In this document: in pieces, positions 53,604-64,000 of the stretch
Layout of the letters: each line of letters starts with the position of its first letter
Numbering within the stretch: the first letter of the stretch is position 1
Assembly (NCBI RefSeq): GCF_006345805.1
Contig: NC_042998.1
Coordinates: 124,124,001-124,188,000 of the forward strand
DNA: 64,000 bases
Direction of reading: 5' to 3'
From: Octopus sinensis
Lineage: Eukaryota
The notes under the pieces: generated by a model
The model's input: the letters and a program-made list of their open reading frames with translations, nothing else
What the model was told of the DNA's origin: nothing
Database searches by the model: none
Position numbers and translations under genes: made by a program

Positions 53604-55139
53604 TAGTAATTCGCTAACATCGATTCAAAAATGTGGTTTGGATTTAGCTTTTGCAGAAGTACTCGTCATCTTTACTTGCATAGCAAGTGTTTTGATATGA
53701 AATTCTGAGCTGAAAGTAAAGCGATTACAGCGTGGAAGACACACGTTTGACATTAAAAAACACACTAAGACTTTTAACTTCACTTAATTTATATGTAATA
53801 TAGTGTTAACATTTTCGTCGCTAGAAATTGCGACCTGTTCACTGACAAACAATTTTGCTGCAAAATTCTTTTGCAAGTAAACAGGTCGAAGTTTCGAGCG
53901 ACAATTTTTTTGACACCATATTACAAATAAATATGTAAATGAAATTAACAGTCTTCCTGTGTTTCTGAATGGGTAACTTGTTTTCCACTCTACATTCGAA
54001 AATTATTTCAATGAGGATAACTATGTATTTATTACATTAACGGCTTTTGAACGTATAAAATGACCAGAATTACAAGGCTTTATTTTTCCTCCTTTAAGAA
54101 GTGACCGACTTGAGTTAGTTAGGACATTTATATACTGTGGAAAGAAGTGATATAAAAATGAAAGTAGACACGAAGTACAGGACCACAGTGAATGATGGAT
54201 TAAAAACTCGATCACATTAAAAACGTTCCACAAAAATCTCCTTTCTGCTCCATGTGGTAGATGAACGGTAACGTTGGATATCGTTATTTCGCTGTTGCAC
54301 ATCAACAAATCGATTTTATCCTATCTGCATATGTATACTTCACACCAGCGATTCGAATTCGTTTTTAGTTGATTTGGTAATATGCTCATGTAGGTTACGA
54401 CCGTACGTAAGGAGGTTGGTAGCAAGGTCTCCTCTTGTACACCGCACGATCGCATCCTAACATAATAATAAGAGAAACCATAATACATGGATATATTATA
54501 CAGTGCCAAAGGAAACGAATGAGGGACGACAAGCCCGTTCTAGTGTTTGAGAGAGAAGATAGACTTTATCCACAGTGTACAAAGTGAGTTGTGACTATTA
54601 GCGTAGTGTTGTGGTATGAATGCATGCGTATAGTATTAGTGTCTATGTGTCCGTGTGTGCGACAGAAGGTACAGATAAAGGTGCATGCAAATACAACAGA
54701 AATACAGAGCATAAGAGAAGTCTCAGCATATTGAGTTAAGATAGAGTTAGTTACCAGTTCATGTGGTACACGATAATAAGTTCTATAACAAGATTTGGGT
54801 CTCGAAGCGGAGACTAGTTGAGTCACTTGTTGTGCAGGTTTCTCTTGATATAGATCGTTCTTTCAGATATATATACTGCAACTGTTTTTTCGTGGTGATA
54901 GTTTCACACAAACAGCCTGAGTTGAATCTGTGTATTTGTGTTGTTGTGTACAAGTTGAAATCTTCGGAGATGGAGATGACGTTGGTAATGACGTTCTGTC
55001 TGTCGCTGGTATACAATAGCGTCTTTATAGTATGGTTGGCTGGCTGTCGTCTGTTGTTCGAACTGGAACATGGCTGAGTAGCTCTGTGGTCTCCGACTAG
55101 ACCTTAGAAGGTCTAAAGCCGAAAGACGATGAATTGTGA

Positions 55140-55270
55140 AAATACTAGCTTATTTAAGGAGTAAAGATGGCTCAATTAAAAGATCCTATCCGAAGGCCGT
55201 GATTGGTCAGTTTACAAACTGGCGTGAAAACAGTAGAGTGTTAGACCGCGCTAGATGCTAACCAATCAGA
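55140..55270 (-). promoter_or_regulatory. Candidate RNA polymerase II promoter: two NF-Y-type CCAAT boxes plus TATA-like element
   Basis: GACCAATCAC (minus, core 55202-55206), AACCAATCAG (plus, core 55262-55266), and TTAAATA on minus ~45 nt downstream of the proximal box. Motif-only evidence. Confidence 0.35.
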
Positions 55271-56732
55271 TCAGTGGACACAACATGGTTAAACTAGTCA
55301 AATATGGTTGTAATCTCAGCCGAGATCATTCCTAATCTTTTTCTCAAACAGTGAGGATATCAATATTGCTACACTCACATTATTAGACCTGCTTCTAACT
55401 AAAACATTCATATGGGTTTCTACAATTAGCAATCTGGAGAGAGATATATTAACGTATATGATTAAAACTCACTTTCTGAAATACACCAGTATTTCTGAGA
55501 TTTATCTTATTGTAATCTATTATAATAGGCAATCTCTCCAGCAAGATTTTGATGATGATATTAATGTGACGATGACAATGATGATAATGATGATGGTGAT
55601 AATTATGATGTTGGTGATGATAAAATGCTAATGACCAGGGTGACGATGCTGAAGTTGAGGATGAAAATGATGATGAGCGATTGATGTTATATTTGTAAGT
55701 TTGTATATAATTTATTCCGTAATATTATTAACTTATCTCACAGTTGTATATATTTTGGTGTGTATAGAAGTATATAAACTCCGAAGCATAATAGATTTAT
55801 CCAGAGAAACAACAGACTTCCTGTAAAATATTTAACTGCTAATATATATTGAATACATAAAAGAAAACTACCATAAACTGTTAAATTCATTTTGGTCAAT
55901 AACGCTACATATCATTTAAGGGAAACTGTTCAATAATTTAAAATATATCTGATCGTTATTGATCAGTACAAAACCCCGGAAGTTTGGTTCGTTTTTCTTT
56001 GAAATATAACATATTATGACACCACAGATAAAAAGAATAAATGCGATTGTGAACAAAACATTATACATACATACAGACATATACATATATATATTATATA
56101 TATATTATATATATATATATAATATATATATATATATTATATATATATATATATATAATATATATATATATCATTATATATATATATATCTATATGATAT
56201 ATACATATTTATACACACACACACAACATATATATATATATATATCTACTATATATATAATATATATTACGTTATATCTATATATTACATTATCATATGT
56301 AACCATTAGTTATATTTAATTCAGGTCATTGTACATGAGATATTAAATTATTTGAAGTATATATTTGACAGAATGGAAACTGCCACATCAATAAAACGGA
56401 AACTAGAAATGTTTCGAATGTTATTTGCATCAATAACAAAGAGTAATATCATTTACGGTTTATAGTGCAAATGTGCCAAAAGGAGCTCATAGTAAAGTAA
56501 AAACAATCTTTATCAGCATAATATAATACATTATGTAAAAGTTTTATTAAAAACATAATGTAACAGTAAACGGATCCCACAGTGTTTTTTTTTCTTTTCA
56601 TACAATCAGTTTAAACTTCAATAATTTAGAAGTAAACAGATTACACACATAGATATCGATCTCTGTAACAGTCTACTGCATGATACACACATTTTTTCTC
56701 TCCTTATTTCTCTCCTTGTTTTTTCTGTGTAC

Positions 56733-56855
56733 CTTTCCGTAGACGAGCGTAGGCTCGAAACGTAAAAGACGTTTTCTATTCCTGAGCGTTATACTAATAC
56801 ATCTGTTTGTTTTCTACACCGCCTGTCTTCGGCTTTTGTTTTTTTCGTAAACTCT

Positions 56856-56860
<5 letters not shown>
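56733..56860 (+). mobile_element. Short PLE-like 3' fragment with HHR-like motif
   Basis: CTTT-CCGTAGA-C-GAGC-GTAG-GCTC-GAAA-CGTA-AAAG. Tail nearly identical to 36.05-36.13 kb. Ends in (TA)n. Confidence 0.7.
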
Positions 56861-56924
<64 letters not shown>

Positions 56925-56959
56925 CACACACACATACATATATATATGCATACACACAT

Positions 56960-57017
<58 letters not shown>

Positions 57018-57261
57018 GAATTGCAGTTGTTATTTTTATATGTCCCGTCTTGAAAGTGAATATTTGGCGCGGTAGTTACATCTTGGAATTTTCTCATCAT
57101 CCTTGTTTACCAGGTTCTCATTACTCAGCTGTATACTCAATACTTCCTGAAGGAAAAGATCAAATTTGCCGGATACCGAATTAATGGATGTCCATTTTTA
57201 CTTTATTATTGATCATTCATTTCGTATTTAATATCGATCCTTTCAGTTTCCATATATATAT

Positions 57262-57322
<61 letters not shown>

Positions 57323-57573
57323 AGAGGTCTGTGTGTCTCTGACCCAAGGAATACTGAAGGTCGGATAATAAAATTTCACCTGTGCAGCCTAACATGGGGA
57401 GCAAAATAAGTAGCCAATATATCCAATACCACTCATAGCAGGCACGCAGAAGCATATTAATAACAAGAGGAATGAAACTGCCAGGGTATAATAAATTCAA
57501 ACAAGGCGGATGGATCTGTTAGTATCGAAGTCAAAGATTTTATAACTAACGGGGACAACCTGAAGAAATACAA

Positions 57574-57967
57574 CTAGAGAATGTTTAAGAAAACATAAGA
57601 AAATTATTATGAATTTGTTTTAAAATGTGTGATTACACAGACAGTATTTTACGTAGGATATGGGCAGTTTCCATGAGCACTATCTTTTGAATTTCGGCCA
57701 TTTTAGGCTTTACCTGTGTCTGAGCTAGGTAGGTATCAGCCCCTTTTGATATCATTCCTAGGGCTTCCATGACAACAGGTATTGTTTTAGTCTTGAAGTT
57801 TCACATTTTGCCAATTTCTATTTCAAGATCTTTATACCTGCTCAGTTTTTGGTAGGTCTTGATACATTTATGTCGATTGGGACAGCCATATCAATGGTTT
57901 CATTTTGTTGTTTACATACACGACATGTTGAGCTACTGCTACATACACGGCATTTTGGCCTGGTCGC
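57574..57967 (-). mobile_element. R4/Dong-like LINE 3' fragment (CCHC start plus restriction-like endonuclease)
   Basis: CRVCKQQNETID fused by deletion to IDMAVP.D.N....QKLSRYKDLEIEIGKM.NFKTKTIPVV.ALGMI.KG...EIQKIVL.TAHILRKILSV*. Confidence 0.85.
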
Positions 57968-58095
57968 ATTATTATTATTATTCTATGTTTGACTTTTGCT
58001 TTATGTCTGTACAAGTTGGCTCCAAGTCTCACCCATATATTTGGGGGGGGTTTTTTGATGTTGTACTAGTGAATGTCTAATACATAAAAATAAAT
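57968..58095 (-). mobile_element. 3' UTR end of a second R4/Dong-like copy with (TAA)n tail
   Basis: TTAGACATTCACTAG resembles TTAAACATTCTCTAG in the neighbouring copy's UTR. Ends ...CAAACATAGAATAATAATAATAAT directly abutting the first copy. Confidence 0.6.
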
Positions 58096-58140
58096 TTTTT
58101 TTTAAATAAATAAATAAATAAATAAATAAAAAGTTTGTTT

Positions 58141-58142
58141 TA

Positions 58143-58213
<71 letters not shown>

Positions 58214-58230
58214 CATTATTATTATTATTG
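58141..58230. repeat. (TTA)n microsatellite
   Basis: Read directly. Confidence 0.95.
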
Positions 58231-58849
58231 TCGTTGTTGTTGTTACTTCACAGTGATGAATCTCGAAAATGCTTATTTGGCGCGATGAGATCTCGGTATT
58301 TTCTCAGCATGCTTGTATACCAAGTCTTCGTTACCTAAAAGGATACACAAGGCTTCTTCAAGGCACAGGTCCCATACGCCGGATAGTGTATTATATAGGT
58401 GCGCATTTAAAAATTTTTTATCATTCTATTTCATATTTTGTGATCATTATTGTGTTTATTTTTGTTGTTGTTCCTAAACCCTTTGTTGTTTTGGTCTGTT
58501 TGTTCCTTGTCTGTGGTTATTCTTTGCCTGTATAGTTTTGTTATTGTTGTATTTATGTCTGTAGTACTATATATATATCTATAATATATTATATATATAT
58601 ATATATTATATAATACATTTATATAAATACATATATATATGCATATATATAGATATACATATATATGTATATGTATGTATGTATCTAACTTATATATATA
58701 TATAATATAAATACATATTAATGCATATATATAATATACATATATATGTATTGTATGTATGTATATATATATTATAATATATTAATATATATATAAATAC
58801 ATATATATATTGCATATATATATACTATATAGTGTATATGTATTTATGT

Positions 58850-58880
<31 letters not shown>

Positions 58881-58929
58881 CATATGTATGTGTATGCATA
58901 TACTGTATATGATTGTAATGTATATATAT

Positions 58930-59130
58930 ATAAAGTTAATACAAACATGAAAGCACAAAAAAAGACACAACAACGCGAGGATGTGGAATAAATATAGTAT
59001 TATCGGACGCTCAGGAAAGAAGGAAAGAAGGAGGGTTTAACGTTTCGAGCGGAGCTCTTCGTCGGAAACATAGGAGAAGGGAAGACAGAGGGGAAAAAAT
59101 CGCCAACGGTAAACACGCATGTACATATCT
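58930..59130 (-). mobile_element. Short PLE-like 3' fragment with HHR-like motif; truncated sister copy at ~59533-59620
   Basis: Minus strand GTTT-CCGACGA-A-GAGC-TCC-GCTC-GAAA-CGTT-AAAC, then TTCCTGAGCGT and a T-rich tail into (TA)n. Confidence 0.7.
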
Positions 59131-62019
59131 GAATAAATGAATGGATGAATGAATGAATTGTTACTTCTCAAAAGTTAGTGCACCTTTAATCATAAATTTA
59201 AGGTAGGGTTAAACTCCTATAATAAGCAAAGTGAGGTCAGAATATTGGCGCGAATATAGGGTCAGTACTACTGCTTTCAGAAGTTATATGCTTAGAGTTA
59301 GCTTAGTTTAACCATGTCGATTCAGTCTATAATGCTACACGTAGGAGAGAGATTGTAGAGTAGATTGGATTATAAGGTGACATAAAAGTATTTCTGCCAA
59401 TGTGGGAGGGGGCGTGTGTGTATTTTAAAGTCTGTCTGCTTATGTGAATGACAGATACGTGTACTACACACACGTATAGTTAATTTGATGTACTCACACT
59501 ATACGTATATATAAATATAGTTATATATATATATAAAGTTAATCCAAACAAGAAAACAAAAAAACACAACACAAGGACGTGGAACAAATAAAGTATTATT
59601 GGACGCTCCGGAAAGAAGAGAAATATATATATATATATATACTCACACTATACGTATGTATAAATTTACATATATAGAGATATATATGTATGTATGCATG
59701 CCGTATATATATATTTAAAAAAATTTTAATGTAGATATAGTTAAATACAAATTTGCGTTCGTATATAAATTCATATTTATCCTCAAATGTGTGCGCGTAC
59801 ATTAACGTATATGTAGGTGAGTAAATATATATTTACTGTTCCAGACCTACATTTACACATGCAAATGCACATACAAGTGTATGCGTCTATGAGTGTTCAT
59901 TTGTAGGCTAAAATTCGTTCCCAGACATTCGTCATAATATTTAAGATATATCCAAACATAGGTCTATATTTAGAAGTTGTATTAATTTAATCCGACTTTT
60001 GGGTTTAAATTTGTTACAAACATGACATATTAATGCATCAGTTTTCAGTAGAAACTTTCTGAAGCTTACAACGTTTCTAAACTTTGTATTTGAAGTTGAT
60101 CCATTAAAGTAAGAAATTCCGCAATAAATATCTGTGATCTTGACATGTTTATGTGTTCATACAAATATATTTCTGATATGATTTGGTTATAAAAAGAAAC
60201 ATGTCTTTGTCATGGCTGCTGTACTCATATTACATTAATTACATTCATGTAATCTCATGGACCGTCTTCATCTTATTTTAGAAAGCATGCACTAGTAAAT
60301 CGTGACGCTTAAAATATATCTTTACAGTAAAATGTTAAAGAAAACAAAAGCGAAACGTGAAGGCTAATCTGTAAACATAAAATTATTTTCATGGATATAA
60401 TTTTCACATCTTCAACAGATCTGCTGACGTGAGCCAGCCTTACGGCCTGCTTCGTTTGTCAAATTGCTTAAAGTACAACTATTTTTTATTAAAACTGACT
60501 GCGACAAATTATACAACAATGGTGTATATACTACAATCTGTACTAAAAACTACTGAATACTTTACACTTCAATGAAGATGTGCTCATAACTGAACGTAGT
60601 TCCACAGTGAAGAGAACATATTTTGTCAAACTGATGCATCGTAAATCATGCGGGCTAGAAAATAGAATCAAAAGTCAACTTTGGTTCGGCGTTCCATAAT
60701 TTCTGCCACCTTATCACTCTATATCCTGTCAAAAATAATTTGTAGTTCAGCAGATGTGGTCTATGTAATGACTCTAATTGTTGCAATGGCAAACAAGTAT
60801 CTCTAATAGTTGGTCGCAACTGTAAGATATTTTACAGCCATACAAATACTGGTTCAGTACAGGAGCAACATCAAAATTAACTAAGTTTAAACTTGAGCTT
60901 TTCTTTCATTGAATTGCTCAAATCTAGGTTGTGTATGGTATAGTTTATTTTATTTCACTCTATCGACGAGATGCAATTGTACATCTTCACCCTCATAAAT
61001 TTGAGACAGTGAACATATCAACTCAGTGTGTTTAACTTGCAAACTTATAAAGTGATGATACAATTTGAAGGCGAAGCTAATCATCGTATTAATTCTATAT
61101 TGCGTTTGGAATTGCTTATATATATATATATATATATATATATACGTATAAACACCAAGGCTGTCTCGTTTGTGTGAGTTTGCGTACTTTTAGATATGAT
61201 TTTAATAATAGCATTAAAATAGCTGATTTTTCTATATAGGAATGATTATTAGAAACATTTGGTCAGATTCAAACATGAATTTCGATAGTTCTTATGGGAC
61301 AAATTGTCAGAATTAATATTAGATATATTACACACTGACTAGCATATATTTTGACAGTGGATTAATAAATAGATTATACAAGAACTCAAATACAGATGGT
61401 TGGATAAAACTGAGTTGAAGTTTGCAATAAATAGTCCAATGAATTTACAACAGAAACTAGATGCGGTTCGTTCATTCAACATTTTTCTTTCTATCTGTAC
61501 AAGGTTAATAATTTGTCTGTTTCATGTTTATAATTTCACTCCAGTAATCGCATTTGCTGTAGAAAACATAACACAAACAAATAGATTATTGCTAATTAAG
61601 CGTAATTTGATATATTCGAAATTAGATATCTTGAAATTTAAATATTTCAAACAGCATATGGGAATTCTTGATGTATTGCGATATACGTATTTATTACTTT
61701 TGTTCAGTGTTCACTCTATTCCATATTTCATGTAATATTCATTTTTGAAACTTATTCTGAAACGCAGCAAGGGATTATAATTCCTGGTACATTTTCTGAC
61801 ATAATTACCAATGTAAATTCCCAGGAAGTAATACACATATAATGTGATTATCAATTTGATAGTATAGGAATGACCTTTATTCGTTGCTAATTGATTTACC
61901 TTTTCCATGGTGACAATTTTGCATTTGTGAAACCATCGACGTAATTTTTCAATCGATTTTCTTTTCTAATTTTCATCAATGTACTTTTTTAAAAAAAACT
62001 CAAAACTTCCAACGCATAC

Positions 62020-62035
62020 ATATATTTATATATAT

Positions 62036-62066
<31 letters not shown>

Positions 62067-62330
62067 TATATATATGCATATATATATATACAAACATATA
62101 TATATAGGAGATATATATGTAAATATATATATATATTATATATATATATATATATATATTATATCTATATATATAAGATAATAATATATATATATATATA
62201 TTATATAGAATGTATATATATATATATAGATATATATATATAGATAGAGATAGATAGATATAGACTATAGATAGATTTACGTTATTATTATATAGATAGA
62301 TAAATAGATAGAATAAAAAAATACATAGAT
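62020..62330. repeat. (TA)n/(GATA)n compound microsatellite
   Basis: Read directly. Confidence 0.95.
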
Positions 62331-62448
62331 ATCGAATGTCTATCATTAACTATGATACATAGTTGGCTGTTTTAACTAAAAACACTTTCAATTGCCGGTA
62401 ACGGATGTATACACATATATATGCTGCTGTGAATATGTATGTGTGTGT

Positions 62449-62713
62449 GGAGGCGCAATGGCCCAGTGGTTAGGGATGCGAACTCGCAGTCGTTGGATCG
62501 CGGCTTCGATTCCAGACCGGGTGCTGTGAGTGTTCATTGAGTGAAAACACGTAAAGCTGCTCGAGGCTCCGGCAGGATGTGGCGGCGATCCCTGCTGTAC
62601 TCTTTCGCCACGGCTTTCTCTCACCCTTTCTTCTCTTGGCCTGCTTGCCTAGTCAGCGGGTGGCGTCATTTGAAGGTTAAAACAATACGAAGCGCATTGT
62701 GACCAGCGATGTA
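62449..62713 (+). mobile_element. SINE family A (tail type 2)
   Basis: Same head as 5213. Tail GAAGCGCATTGTGACCAGCGATG matches the 12.2-kb copy. Confidence 0.9.
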
Positions 62714-62798
<85 letters not shown>

Positions 62799-63130
62799 CA
62801 AGCAATTAATGCATCAAAGTCGTAATAACTCGAATAATAATACCAACCAGAATAAATTTTGGGAACATCTAATACTACAATCTTCAGTGCGCTTATTTCA
62901 CCTGTATGACTAACCTTTCGCATAAGGTTTTCAGACTTTAGATAAAGTTACGTTGCAATTGATTTATTATAAATCAATTAAATGCACATAATTGCTATAT
63001 CAAACGACACAAGGAGACTTAACCCACAGAGGCACGTATCGGAATGGATTATTCGCTAAATACTTTAGCAATCAGATTTTGGTGATGTATAAGTCTCCGT
63101 TTTCACATATATCTATATATTATATATATA

Positions 63131-63173
<43 letters not shown>

Positions 63174-63224
63174 TATATATATATATATATATAATGTATG
63201 TATGTATGTATGTATGTGTGTTAA

Positions 63225-63440
63225 TGTTTGTGTATCTGTGTTTTGTCCCCGCAACATCGCTTGACAACCGATGCTGGTGTGTTTACGGTCCCCTAACTTA
63301 GCGGTTCGGCAAAAGAGACCAATAGAATAAGTACTAGGATTACAAAGAATAAGTCCTGGAGTCGATTTGCTCAACTAAAGGCAGAGCTCCACCATTGCCG
63401 CAGTCAAATGACTGAGACAAGTAAAAGAGTAAAAGAGTAT
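63225..63440 (+). mobile_element. SINE family B 3' half
   Basis: Matches 21620-21820 and ends AGTAAAAGAGTAAAAGAGTA. Confidence 0.9.
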
Positions 63441-63452
63441 ATATGTATATAA

Positions 63453-63491
<39 letters not shown>

Positions 63492-63602
63492 TATAATATA
63501 TATATATATATATATATAATATATATATGTTAATAAAATAGAACATATGCATATATAAACATATATGTACGTACCTACCTCTACATGTACATATACACGC
63601 AT

Positions 63603-64000
63603 ATAGTGTACAGGACACCAAAAAGACGTCGACACACAGAGAGATACGAAACACATAGACACAAACCAAGGAACAAGACAAGCAAAAAAAAGAGAGAGAT
63701 ACAGGACAATAAGCACACGAAAAACCCCTTCTTCAGTCGCGCTAAGATTTCATCTACTAAACGTTTCGAAGGATAAAAGCGAGACGTATACTTCGAAGAA
63801 AAATTCCTTCCCGCGAAAAGCAAATCAATTAAAATTCTGAGATCTTTTCGCAGAGGGGTAAAAAAAAAAAAAAGCAAGACGGTAACGACAGTACAAACAT
63901 ATAAACAGTAAAAAAATATATATATAAACAGTGGAAAAATAAATATATAACAGTGAGAGACAGGACAAGGAGAACAAGATAAGAAGGGCTGTTAACGCCA
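63603..64000 (-). mobile_element. Short non-coding PLE-like terminal repeat (runs to window end)
   Basis: Related to 24541-24895 (GTCCTGTAC end; CTGAAGAAG motif). Confidence 0.5.

Noticed and set aside
60590-60960. Possible decayed transposase fragment
   Set aside because: No motif or terminal repeat could be identified with confidence.

Overview
AT-rich eukaryotic non-coding DNA (intron or intergenic), dense in compound microsatellites and retroelement or transposon fragments. The repeat content resembles octopus or coleoid cephalopod DNA (inference; no database search run). No complete host gene can be supported; only a few weak exon candidates were seen, and nearly all ORF-track entries are microsatellite artefacts. 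Recognisable elements: a young 5'-truncated Tx1/L1-clade LINE with an intact RT and CCHC frame (47.45-49.34 kb); CR1-like, RTE-like and R4/Dong-like LINE fragments; two decayed Penelope-like (PLE) ORF fragments; two mariner remnants; a Chapaev3-like remnant; and three tRNA-derived SINE families. The strongest unexplained signal is a set of short non-coding PLE-like repeats carrying hammerhead-ribozyme (HHR) motifs. At 26.3-27.4 kb a ~575-nt partial tandem allows a fully canonical type I HHR to be reconstructed from two copies, next to a 258-bp-arm fold-back palindrome. Three other copies carry non-canonical cores, and three carry the HHR half-motifs in swapped order. Two LINE-SINE partner pairs can be read directly from shared 3' tails, one with compensatory changes in a terminal stem-loop. 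All alignments and folds were done by eye, so boundaries are approximate to a few bases unless stated exactly.
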